Origin: a virus
Lineage: Duplodnaviria > Caudoviricetes
Length of the DNA: 64,000 nucleotides
Reading direction: 5' to 3' (one strand)
IMG/VR virus record: IMGVR_UViG_3300029305_003884
Span: 32,001 to 96,000 of that record
Part shown: piece after piece, positions 36,522 to 45,556 of the stretch
Layout: each line of letters starts with the position of its first letter
Position numbering within the stretch: the stretch's first letter is position 1
Translations under genes and position numbers: made by a program
Notes under the pieces: model-generated
Seen by the model: the letters and a program-made list of their open reading frames with translations, nothing else
Databases searched by the model: none
What the model was told of the DNA's origin: nothing

Positions 36522-37910
36522 CTAATTGTAGATATGGAGGTTCTTTGCCGCACGGGTAAATGCGGTATATTTCAACTTATTCCTCTGGATGACATCCCAG
36601 TCACAGATGTTGATGTCCTTTTCGACAACGTAAACATTGTCGATTGTGGAGCCCTGGGCCTTGTGGATAGTCATTGCATAGCTGTAATTGACGTAGCAGA
36701 ACGAGTCGATGAAGTCATAGAACTCCTGCCAGACCTCATGTCTGTTATGGACAGGTATGCCAGTCATGGGGTTCACTTCGGCACACAGGGTCTTGGCCTT
36801 TCCGATAAGCTGTCTTTTAACAGCCATGTACGTGCTATATCCTTCGGAAGAAAGAACCTTGATGTGGCGGAGTTCCCTCTTGTTGGATGCTGCCATGTAG
36901 TTATCGACAAGCAGACTCCAGACAACAATACCAGTACCATCTTCGACATACTTGGTCGCTTCCTTCACCAGCAGTCGTTCACCATTGGCGTAAACCTGCA
37001 GTTTCTTCTCGCCAGCAAGAGCAACGCTGTAACCTTCTGTCACAATAAGGTCGTCACCTGCGGTGTATTCCTGAACATCATTACCGAAGATGTGGCGTCT
37101 GATAAAGCTGTTTGACTTGTCCACGGCATTGTTCGTGTAGGCAAGGAGACGGCAGAAGTTCTTGTTCTCCTTGTACTCGTCGGACATGAAGTCGGCAAAC
37201 AGGTTATCAAAGAACGGTTTCTTCATTGTGTAGAAACGGACGCCTTCTCCCCTATCGTTCACACGGTCTACATGGTCGAAGCAGTCCTCCACACGGAGCA
37301 TATTCCTGGGGTCACGGATTGGCGTGACAAGCCCGATGATTGGGTTGTCGGCAGAAACACGCATGACCTGGGTCAAACGGAAAAGGTTCGGGACTCGGGT
37401 AAATACAACCGATGCCTGGAAATTGACAGGCGGCAGCTGTGCCTCGTCTCCGACATAAAGGATTTTCATTTTAGGAAATTCACGCAGGACGCTCTGAATC
37501 ATTTCATAACATTCATCGTTAACCATCGACGCTTCGTCAATGACGATGAGACGGTACTTGCCAGCGTGGCACTTACCGTCACGAACAAGAACCTTGCCAT
37601 GGTCCTCATTCTGTTCCAGTTTGAGCCCAAGCAATCCGCTGATAGTCTTGTCATAGTTCTTACCGCTTCTCTGCGAAAGAACACGCACCGCTTCATTGGT
37701 GTAGGCGGTGCAGTATACCTTGATTTTCTTAAATTCTCGACTCAGTTCCTTCAAGAACACATTGAGGAGGGAGGTCTTTCCAGTGCCAGCGGCCCCGGCC
37801 AAGACCATCTCCCGCTGGGAGTCGTCATGCATAAAAGCAAGCATTTCAGCCAACCCCTTGCGCTGGTCGGGGCTGAGCTGTTTCTTTGTAATTAGATTTG
37901 AGTGACTCAT
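36522..37910 (-). CDS. dda: Dda-like SF1B DNA helicase
   Basis: GAAGTGKT, IDEASM, GDEAQLPPV, YAMTIHKAQGST, YTAFTRA. Confidence 0.9.
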   Translation of the reverse strand: MSHSNLITKKQLSPDQRKGLAEMLAFMHDDSQREMVLAGAAGTGKTSLLNVFLKELSREFKKIKVYCTAYTNEAVRVLSQRSGKNYDKTISGLLGLKLEQNEDHGKVLVRDGKCHAGKYRLIVIDEASMVNDECYEMIQSVLREFPKMKILYVGDEAQLPPVNFQASVVFTRVPNLFRLTQVMRVSADNPIIGLVTPIRDPRNMLRVEDCFDHVDRVNDRGEGVRFYTMKKPFFDNLFADFMSDEYKENKNFCRLLAYTNNAVDKSNSFIRRHIFGNDVQEYTAGDDLIVTEGYSVALAGEKKLQVYANGERLLVKEATKYVEDGTGIVVWSLLVDNYMAASNKRELRHIKVLSSEGYSTYMAVKRQLIGKAKTLCAEVNPMTGIPVHNRHEVWQEFYDFIDSFCYVNYSYAMTIHKAQGSTIDNVYVVEKDINICDWDVIQRNKLKYTAFTRAAKNLHIYN

Positions 37911-37917
37911 ACCGATA

Positions 37918-37946
37918 AATATAGCTATTCAATCGAGAATTGTCAA
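37918..37946 (-). promoter_or_regulatory. Sigma70-type promoter TTGACA-N17-TATATT
   Basis: The -10 ends 7 nt before the dda ATG, suggesting a leaderless mRNA. Confidence 0.75.
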
Positions 37947-37957
37947 CTCAAATCTTT

Positions 37958-39046
37958 CTAATAGACGGTCGTCATGAACTGGGTCGCATCTATGGCTTGC
38001 TGAACGCTGTCGTACACCCTTGCATCCGTATTCATCGTCTGGTGGTTGTACTTGACCTGACGCCAGATAGCCTCGATTCGTTCCTCACGTTCCTTGGCGT
38101 TGTACGCCTTCATGTTGATGCCAATCCTCGTTCTAGGGGGAGGCGGCAACTCACGGAGCTTGACAAGGCACTTCAATGCGTGTTCGAGCTTGTTCACCTT
38201 GACGTTGTACACATAGCGGTAATAGAAACTCTCCGCACGGTGCGGGATGTTTTCAATCATCTCCATAGTCAGAGCGTCGGCGAACTCGAACTGGCCGTTC
38301 TTCAGAGCGTCGGCCACCACATAGTCTGCTGCAGCAATAGTCTCGTCAAACTCCCAGTACGGGAACTCGTTAAGACAGATTTCGTACCAGAGTCGGGCCA
38401 TTTCTGGGTTCTTGGTGTCCTTATAGCTCGTCGCAATGTAGTATGCGGTACGGAGGGAATGACCCTTCTTCCAGAGTTTAATCAGAGCCTTCAAGTTTCG
38501 GGCAACGTCACGCTGCTTCTTGAAATTGAGGAACTCGTTCTTGAAGGTAATCACCTTTCTCGGCTCGGCGGTGTCAATCACATACTCGTGAATCGGGTTG
38601 ATAAACCTCGATGTCGCCTTTCGGACAATCCTGACTCTCGGGAACTTCAATGTCTTCGTAATCCTTGTGTACATGACGATGTCCGAGGTCGAGTACATGT
38701 TGCTCGCCTTGTCGAACTTCTCCCTGACCTCACGGGCATTGTCGAGCATGTCGTTCACGTCGACCCACATCACATATTCCTTGGTAGCGAGCGAGAAACC
38801 GTAGTTCTTCGCCTTTCCGAAGTCAAAGTTGTCTTCATCGTCAAGGAACAGCGTACCAACCGCATCAATGATTACGGGCTGGCGAACCATGCTCTGGAAC
38901 TTCCTGACCTCAGCAAGCGTATTGTCGGTAGAACCAGTATCGACGACGACAAACTCGTCGGCCAGTCCTACAAGCCGTCTAAGGCATTCCTGAATCCTCT
39001 TTTCCCCGTTTCTAACTACCAGAACCGCTGACAGTTCATGTCTCAT
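37958..39046 (-). CDS. GT2 glycosyltransferase with TPR-like C-terminus
   Basis: VRNGE..I..CL, VVDTGSTDNT, DFGKAKN, IHEY; helical repeat tail. Confidence 0.85.
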   Translation of the reverse strand: MRHELSAVLVVRNGEKRIQECLRRLVGLADEFVVVDTGSTDNTLAEVRKFQSMVRQPVIIDAVGTLFLDDEDNFDFGKAKNYGFSLATKEYVMWVDVNDMLDNAREVREKFDKASNMYSTSDIVMYTRITKTLKFPRVRIVRKATSRFINPIHEYVIDTAEPRKVITFKNEFLNFKKQRDVARNLKALIKLWKKGHSLRTAYYIATSYKDTKNPEMARLWYEICLNEFPYWEFDETIAAADYVVADALKNGQFEFADALTMEMIENIPHRAESFYYRYVYNVKVNKLEHALKCLVKLRELPPPPRTRIGINMKAYNAKEREERIEAIWRQVKYNHQTMNTDARVYDSVQQAIDATQFMTTVY

Positions 39047-39049
39047 ATT

Positions 39050-39715
39050 TTACCCTTCCGTGTAATCGTCGTCATTAAGCTGCTTGGCCAATTCATCGAC
39101 CTGCATGGAGGAGAAATTCGAATCATCGGGAGTGATACCCATTTCGGCATTTTCCTTTTCCAGCTTTTCCTCCTCGTCAATCTTCTTGTTTGCGTCGATA
39201 GCAAATTCGTCGATGGAAGAGTAGTTGTTCATCGTTCCCTCGTTCAACTGCACGAACTTGATTTTCTTGCTTCGGGCGGCAAGCTTGTTGTGGGCCTGAA
39301 TGAAGGCACAGAACGTGATTTTGGCCAAGTAGTAATACGGGTCGACGTTCTTGGTCACCTGCATCTTGACAGGGTCGAAGTTGTGGCTGTGCTTGATAAG
39401 GAGTTCAATGGCCCTGTCACGCATTTCCTGCTTCCAGTCAGGGGTATATCCTCGCCATTTCTGGTTACCAAGGTTCTTGTCGATAACCACGTTGAACACA
39501 TACCCGAGCGGTTCGGATACTGGGTATTCCTTGCCATACTTCTTGCGGCAGTCTTTAAGCTCGACAAGCAACTTCGTCAGGATATCCTTGTCAATCTTTC
39601 CGCTTCTCATCTGGGCATCAAACGCTTTCAACTGCTCTGGAGTCCAGGAATAGCCGCTCTCTGGGATTTCAAAGTCAAGAGTTACTTCCTCATTTGTCGG
39701 TTCTACTTTTTCCAT
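39050..39715 (-). CDS. gp55: Late-transcription sigma factor, T4 gp55-like
   Basis: WRGYT..WKQEM...AIE......HNFDP....PYYYL..ITFCAFIQ, acidic tail. Confidence 0.88.
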   Translation of the reverse strand: MEKVEPTNEEVTLDFEIPESGYSWTPEQLKAFDAQMRSGKIDKDILTKLLVELKDCRKKYGKEYPVSEPLGYVFNVVIDKNLGNQKWRGYTPDWKQEMRDRAIELLIKHSHNFDPVKMQVTKNVDPYYYLAKITFCAFIQAHNKLAARSKKIKFVQLNEGTMNNYSSIDEFAIDANKKIDEEEKLEKENAEMGITPDDSNFSSMQVDELAKQLNDDDYTEG

Positions 39716-39808
39716 ATTCTACTCATGGATTGAATCTCATAAGTAAAATACATTTTAATTAAACTGCCATAGATACAGAAACCCATCCCACCCAAAATGA
39801 ATCTACTT

Positions 39809-39817
39809 TATAAACCA
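39809..39817 (+). promoter_or_regulatory. Late promoter variant TATAAACCA
   Basis: One mismatch; 24 nt before ATG 39842. Confidence 0.65.
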
Positions 39818-39841
39818 TGGATATACCACTTGGGTACGACC

Positions 39842-40537
39842 ATGAATCTATTTGAATCGGAAATCAGCAAGCTAAAACTCAGCCCGACGGCAAAAGAGAC
39901 CATCATTCAACTGCGAAAGATATGTCTTGAATCGGAGAACGACGAACAATTCGGAGAAGAAGAAGGTGCAAAGAACGATGTCAGCAACCGTCGTCATTTT
40001 GCCAATGAAAACAATCCTGACACCCGCCCGACTGATGAAGTAAATACTCTTCCAGATATATGGGGATTCGGTCCCCTGTCCGACATAGAAGGTGAAGAAA
40101 ACAAGGTAGACTACAAGAAGATTGACGAGGCCAAACAGCTATTTCTGCACCAAGGTGGACATTCTAAAATAGTGAGCCGCCTTCTGGAGTTTTTAGATGA
40201 AGAATGGCGTTCCAGCGGCGTCGAAGTCACCGGCGTGGACGAATATGACCCGAACGAAGATAATTTCCCGAGAGCCCACATCCACTGCGATGTAGGAGAC
40301 CACCATATCGAAATAGATGTTAGGATTAATTCCAACGAAGGCCTCCTTTCATACGTCATGTGGGATGAGGACAGACGTCGAAATCTGAATGTCCTCCTGT
40401 GTGAATATAGGGATGTCGACCCGAGTACATTGGAAGACCGTTACGAACTATCCAAGAAATACTCTCTTGATAACATCGACGAAATGCTCGAAGACATCTC
40501 GACGGACATTTCATCAATCTTTATCTGGGGTATATAA
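39842..40537 (+). CDS. Leader-family acidic protein
   Basis: MNLFESEISKLKL...IIQLRKICLESE. Confidence 0.75.
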   Translation: MNLFESEISKLKLSPTAKETIIQLRKICLESENDEQFGEEEGAKNDVSNRRHFANENNPDTRPTDEVNTLPDIWGFGPLSDIEGEENKVDYKKIDEAKQLFLHQGGHSKIVSRLLEFLDEEWRSSGVEVTGVDEYDPNEDNFPRAHIHCDVGDHHIEIDVRINSNEGLLSYVMWDEDRRRNLNVLLCEYRDVDPSTLEDRYELSKKYSLDNIDEMLEDISTDISSIFIWGI

Positions 40538-40584
40538 AAAAGCCCCGCCGTATTTCTACGACGGGACAACTCAGGGAGAAAATA

Positions 40585-41097
40585 CTAGGCTTCGATGTAT
40601 GTCCCCTGGTCTTCCTTCGGGATTAGCTTCAATGCCTCCCTACTAGGAAGATTGGACATTGTACGTCGAATCTTTTCGAACTTTCTGGTCTCGATATCCT
40701 TGAATTGCGGATACCAACGCTTCTTGCTTCCCAGTTTCTTACGATAGAACTGGTGAAGGACGTTGATATAGCAGAATAGCGGGAACAGGGCCTTCTCGGC
40801 CTCCTTCGTGACATCGAACTCCACCTGCGGGAATGTCTTGGCCAGCTTGTCGACTGCGGTGTCGGTCAGCATAAGGAACTTGTACTTCCATGGGTAGGAG
40901 AATACATCGTCATTGAACTCGACTCCACGCATGCTGAACTTGCCATACTGGTTCACTCGAAGAACGGCGGTGCTGAACTCGGTAAAGTTCATGTAAAAGC
41001 CGCCAGGGAAATTGTGGTCGTCAACAATCTCTACCGTGACCCCCGCCTTCGACTGTAATTCCTGAGCCAGCTTGTCTAGGAAATCCTTGATATTCAT
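40585..41097 (-). CDS. Hypothetical protein
   Basis: Start ATG 41097 after AGGTAG. Confidence 0.7.
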   Translation of the reverse strand: MNIKDFLDKLAQELQSKAGVTVEIVDDHNFPGGFYMNFTEFSTAVLRVNQYGKFSMRGVEFNDDVFSYPWKYKFLMLTDTAVDKLAKTFPQVEFDVTKEAEKALFPLFCYINVLHQFYRKKLGSKKRWYPQFKDIETRKFEKIRRTMSNLPSREALKLIPKEDQGTYIEA

Positions 41098-41105
41098 TGG
41101 ACTAC

Positions 41106-41660
41106 CTACTTGCATTCGTAAGGAACGATATCGGAAAGATTGTCGCTTTCCTTGGCCGGGATGAGCATCGGATAGATGGCATCAAATATGTAGATTGCTG
41201 AATCGCCAATGATGTCAGGGCACTGTTCTGCAGGAACCATCGCAATATCGATTTCAATCTTTTCCTTCATGAACGTGTTGAGCTCAGCATCGTTATCCCT
41301 CTGACGTTCAAGGGCTTCCTTGTAACGGTCAGCAAGGTCAGTCTGCAGCTTTGTAAACTCTGCGTTCTTTTCAGGCGGAAGAGCCATAACAGCGGCTTCG
41401 AATTCCCTGATGTTCACAAGAGGAGGCAGACCAAAGGTCTTGGCGATTTCACCAAGTTCACTGGTATACTTCATGTAATCATCGTCAGGTTTGAAGGCAT
41501 CAATCATGCTCGAAACTTCCTTGTCGGTCGTCTCGATATTCTTGTGCATTGCATATCTGAACGTGCTGCTAATACGTCCAGTAAACAACTTTTCGCCGAT
41601 AGCCCTCTTGAAGGCCTGGTTCATGTCAAAAATGGCTTGGTGGGTCAGTAATCTTTTCAT
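41106..41660 (-). CDS. Hypothetical protein
   Basis: 184-aa helical ORF. Confidence 0.75.
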   Translation of the reverse strand: MKRLLTHQAIFDMNQAFKRAIGEKLFTGRISSTFRYAMHKNIETTDKEVSSMIDAFKPDDDYMKYTSELGEIAKTFGLPPLVNIREFEAAVMALPPEKNAEFTKLQTDLADRYKEALERQRDNDAELNTFMKEKIEIDIAMVPAEQCPDIIGDSAIYIFDAIYPMLIPAKESDNLSDIVPYECK

Positions 41661-41714
41661 ATGAGTCCCGTTTTAATGTTACTTGCTTATATAATATACA
41701 TTTATTTTGTCTTA

Positions 41715-43949
41715 CTAGGAATTTAACGTACTGCAACTTCCAATAGTCGAGAACAAGCCGTTGTTTTCAATGTTCAGCTTGTAGTCGAACAGGTCCTGAA
41801 TGATGGCTTCACGGTGAGTTACGGCAAAAATGCTCGGAGTTTGCTTGGTTCTCGTACGGACAAGCGACACCATGTCCCTGAGGGCGACATCATCCGTGGA
41901 AACATCCAGGATTTCATCGAGGAACAGGCAGTTAATCTTGAAGTTGGCCACACGGAAGACAAAGTCACAGAACGCCATGGCGACCGCAAAGTTAACCTTA
42001 CGCTTCTGACCCTGGGACAGCATTTCGTAGCAGGGGGCGGCACCGTACACGGATTCGAACTTGTAGTCCATGCTCTTGTCGAACGTGATGTTGTACGGTA
42101 GGTTGAAGCGGCGAAGGTTGCTTTCTATCGCCTGGTTGAAGAACGGTACGAACATCTTGATAACATAAGATTTCAAACCGTCGTCCGAACACATATAGGA
42201 AATGTACTTGCAGATGGCAATCTTGTCCGAATAATCCTTGATAGAGGCGGTAACCCCTTCAAGCTCCTTCTGCAACTCGAGCAGATGCGCTTCGGAGTCC
42301 TTCAATGCCTTATCGTCATTACTGCTTTCTTCCTTCTGGATTGTAGCCTTCAACGAATTGATGTTGAGGTTGACCTGATTCAATGCGCTAGCCGCCTGGA
42401 AATACTTTTCCCTCGCCTGCGAAGCTTCCTCAACGACAGAACCATTAGAGTTAATCCAGTTGGTCAAATCAGTCTGCTTCTGAACCAGTTCGTTAATCTC
42501 AGACTGGACTTTCTGGAAATCGTTACCGAAACGGTAGGCATTCGTCGTCAGAGAGGCAAGCCTCGACTTAGCCGCAATCAACTGACCATTGATAGGTCCG
42601 TAAACAGTAGCCTGAAACTGGTTGTATGCCTGGATGTTGCCATTAAGCTCGTTAATCTGCGTATCAAGCGACGTATCGGAAACCTGAACTGACAACTCAG
42701 CCAACTCCTTCTTCTTGGCTTCATTGTCGTTCAGGATAGCAAGCTGTTCGGAGCGAAGACTACGCCACTGTTCTCGATAGGCTTCCTTGACGTGTTCAAC
42801 GTCAGCTTCGGTCGACGGCTTGCCACAGGTCGGGCAAGGTACTCCAGCCTTGACCGATGTAGCCTTATCGGTAACCTCTTTCATCTTCGTCTGATACGAC
42901 ATGATTTGTCGTTCGTTGGAAGCGATGGTTGAATTGAGGACGTTAATCTGGCTAATCATCCCGTTCTTTTTCGCAATAATTTCATTCAGTTTTGCCTGAG
43001 TTTCACTGATTTTGTAAGCTTCCGACTGCGTAGCAGCCTGTGCAAGCTCCGAAGTAAGGTCTTCGACATTCTTCGTTTCCTTATCGATGTCAGCAAAGAG
43101 GGTGAGGCAAGAAGACATGTCGTTGACCTTTGTCATGACATTCCGCAACTCGGCCTGAGCCTTGTTATACTCACCAGCCTTGCGTTCAGCTTCATCCTTG
43201 GTAATCGCTGCCGATTCAGCACTCTGACTCAACGAAGGGAACGTCGCTTCAAGCTCGGATAACTGACGCTTCAATTCATCAATCTGTTCGTGCTTTTTAG
43301 CCTTCAAGGTGGAAATCATGTTGTTGGTGTAGTTGATATCCGCCGTGATTCTATCCACGGAATTCTTTGCGATATCGAACTGCATGTTAGATTCGCTGAG
43401 AACCTTGTTGTTGGCCTGCTTCCACTTGTCAGTAGAAAGCGAAATCGTATTCTCGATAAGTTTCCTTTCCTTGTCCGCAGGAAGTTCAAGGAACGGGATT
43501 GTTTCCTGGCTGTTCATCGCAACCACAGTCTGGTACAATGCGATGGACGGGCCGAGAACTCGGTTTTCGAAGTCCTGCTGCGTCATCCCAGCACGTTTCA
43601 ACTGCTCCTGCCCGTCAATCCATATCGTAAAACTCGTCTTGAGGCTCTTGGCCTTCATACGGCGTTCGATATGGTATTCATGCTTACCAGTTCCAGTATC
43701 GACATCAAAGTCGAGCGTCACAAGCATGTCTGCGTTCGTGTTCTCCGTATTCTTCAAGTCACTCTGGTTTCCGCCACGGTAGGACTTCCCGTAAAGAACA
43801 AAGGTCAACGCCTCGACAATACTGGATTTTCCGTATCCGTTAGGGGCGCTCAGGTAAATGAGACCAGGTTTAAACTCGACAACATTGTCAATGTCGCCGT
43901 AGGACATGAAATTTCTGAAAATAAGCTTCTTGAACGTAATATCATGCAT
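41715..43949 (-). CDS. gp46: Recombination ATPase, T4 gp46 / SbcC-Rad50 family
   Basis: FRNFMSYG, Walker A NGYGKS, zinc hook CPTCG, signature LSQGQ, Walker B FLDE, H-loop VTH. Confidence 0.93.
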   Translation of the reverse strand: MHDITFKKLIFRNFMSYGDIDNVVEFKPGLIYLSAPNGYGKSSIVEALTFVLYGKSYRGGNQSDLKNTENTNADMLVTLDFDVDTGTGKHEYHIERRMKAKSLKTSFTIWIDGQEQLKRAGMTQQDFENRVLGPSIALYQTVVAMNSQETIPFLELPADKERKLIENTISLSTDKWKQANNKVLSESNMQFDIAKNSVDRITADINYTNNMISTLKAKKHEQIDELKRQLSELEATFPSLSQSAESAAITKDEAERKAGEYNKAQAELRNVMTKVNDMSSCLTLFADIDKETKNVEDLTSELAQAATQSEAYKISETQAKLNEIIAKKNGMISQINVLNSTIASNERQIMSYQTKMKEVTDKATSVKAGVPCPTCGKPSTEADVEHVKEAYREQWRSLRSEQLAILNDNEAKKKELAELSVQVSDTSLDTQINELNGNIQAYNQFQATVYGPINGQLIAAKSRLASLTTNAYRFGNDFQKVQSEINELVQKQTDLTNWINSNGSVVEEASQAREKYFQAASALNQVNLNINSLKATIQKEESSNDDKALKDSEAHLLELQKELEGVTASIKDYSDKIAICKYISYMCSDDGLKSYVIKMFVPFFNQAIESNLRRFNLPYNITFDKSMDYKFESVYGAAPCYEMLSQGQKRKVNFAVAMAFCDFVFRVANFKINCLFLDEILDVSTDDVALRDMVSLVRTRTKQTPSIFAVTHREAIIQDLFDYKLNIENNGLFSTIGSCSTLNS

Positions 43950-43965
43950 AGGACGCTAACCAATA

Positions 43966-44547
43966 CTAGAAGTTAAAGGTGATGTCGAAGGTATATCCAG
44001 AGGTGAGATAGTCAGCCTTCGGAAGCACAGCGTAGTAACCAAGGCAAAGGTCAACCTTGCCGAGCATATAGACCACGCCAGCATAAGGTTCCCACGAATT
44101 GTCAGTATCGACAGTGGAGCCACCATAAAGGATAATGTCGGAGAGCAGGAGGTAATCGAGTTCGGCACCAAAACGGCTAACCTTGGTATCGGTATCAAAC
44201 AGGTATTCACCACCGATGCTAAACTTACCGATATCCTTGTAGCCATGGATAAACGGACGAACGCTAGTTTCAGTCAGCTCAACACCGACAGCGGCAACGT
44301 CATAGATGTCAGTCCTTACCGACATGCTGGAAACTTCCCCAGCATAGAGGGATGCGGCGATTTCGACATTGCCCTTGATAATTGCACGGAAATTTTCATA
44401 ATGGGCGGCGCTTTCTGCTTCATGGTCGAAGGAAACGCCTGTACGGAACTGGGCCGTACCACCCGAGGACGGATTGAACCAGTCCCAGCCTCCTGCGAAC
44501 GCCACGGAGGAAAGCATAAATGCGAGAATGAGTATGAGTTTTTTCAT
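43966..44547 (-). CDS. Putative outer-membrane beta-barrel protein
   Basis: Signal peptide MKKLILILAFMLSSVAFA, amphipathic strands, terminal FDITFNF. Confidence 0.65.
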   Translation of the reverse strand: MKKLILILAFMLSSVAFAGGWDWFNPSSGGTAQFRTGVSFDHEAESAAHYENFRAIIKGNVEIAASLYAGEVSSMSVRTDIYDVAAVGVELTETSVRPFIHGYKDIGKFSIGGEYLFDTDTKVSRFGAELDYLLLSDIILYGGSTVDTDNSWEPYAGVVYMLGKVDLCLGYYAVLPKADYLTSGYTFDITFNF

Positions 44548-44589
44548 GTTGATATCCTTTTTTGATGGTTTTTGTTTATAGATATCAAC

Positions 44590-44618
44590 AATATAGTAAC
44601 AAGATTGACAGTTGTCAA
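44590..44618 (-). promoter_or_regulatory. Sigma70-type promoter TTGACA-N17-TATATT
   Basis: Upstream of the beta-barrel and gp46 genes. Confidence 0.75.
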
Positions 44619-44620
44619 GC

Positions 44621-45556
44621 TTATTCTAGCAGATTGATTGATTTGGTCAATGTCATCAACTTATTTTCGTTACAGATAATCGGGCTCATGAAGATTGCCG
44701 TGTTCCCGAACGTGACCCTTTTCCACGGGAATGATGACTGAGCGATGGGAAACGGCCTCAACGAGATGATAACAAATGGATTGTAGGCGTTCTCCTTGGC
44801 CAGGTCGAGAACCTGAATGTTCTTGGAAAGTTCGATATTCACGTACGGGCCGTTTGCCGATACAACCTTGGCATATCCAGGGGTACCGTCACTGCGTAGG
44901 AGAATGGTCGGCCTCGTCTTCGGTCTGGAGAATGATGCAAACAGGGTCGTTGCCTGGGACTGGATTATCCTCAGGTAGTTCTCCATGTTGAAGTATCCTA
45001 TCGGGAGGGTACTCTTATCCAGCAACCCAGCCAGAATGTTCACGTATCTCCTGATGAGAGGCTGGTACATCTTGCCATTATCGTAATCTAATCTACTTAG
45101 CAAAGCATTGATAGCCTCGACATCCCTGACCTGGGAACTCGAAAGCATGATGTGGTTGCCAGCGGAATCGGTGATGGTATTCATTGTCGCATAGTTAAGC
45201 GCACGGAACGGACCGAGATACACCTTGTCCCCGAGTTTGATACGGGAGTTCTCGAAGAAGTTAAGCCCGTCAAGGATGGTCTTGAACATTTCCTTGTCCA
45301 GGTTACCCTTGTGCTTGATGTCCAGCTTTACCGAATCGTTCATGACGTAGTAGGAAAGGTTGCTGTACCCGTTTATGCGTACCGCCTTGACCTTAGCACC
45401 GTTGGCGTTCGTAAACTCGATGGGCGACGTAGTGACATAACTGGCCAGACCAGCGCCGCTACCAAGGCCAAGCGCCTTGGCTACGTCAAGGTAATCCCTT
45501 GACGCATCAGGGGTGTAGATGTATTGAGTGTTGTCATTTTTTATCTGGACTATCAT
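44621..45556 (-). CDS. Hypothetical late protein
   Basis: ATGA-coupled to the gp25-domain gene. Confidence 0.75.
   Translation of the reverse strand: MIVQIKNDNTQYIYTPDASRDYLDVAKALGLGSGAGLASYVTTSPIEFTNANGAKVKAVRINGYSNLSYYVMNDSVKLDIKHKGNLDKEMFKTILDGLNFFENSRIKLGDKVYLGPFRALNYATMNTITDSAGNHIMLSSSQVRDVEAINALLSRLDYDNGKMYQPLIRRYVNILAGLLDKSTLPIGYFNMENYLRIIQSQATTLFASFSRPKTRPTILLRSDGTPGYAKVVSANGPYVNIELSKNIQVLDLAKENAYNPFVIISLRPFPIAQSSFPWKRVTFGNTAIFMSPIICNENKLMTLTKSINLLE

Noticed and set aside
37940-39733. Long plus-strand ORFs (363 and 231 aa) opposite the GT2-TPR and gp55 genes, and similar antisense ORFs elsewhere
   Set aside because: Fully overlap motif-supported genes on the other strand.
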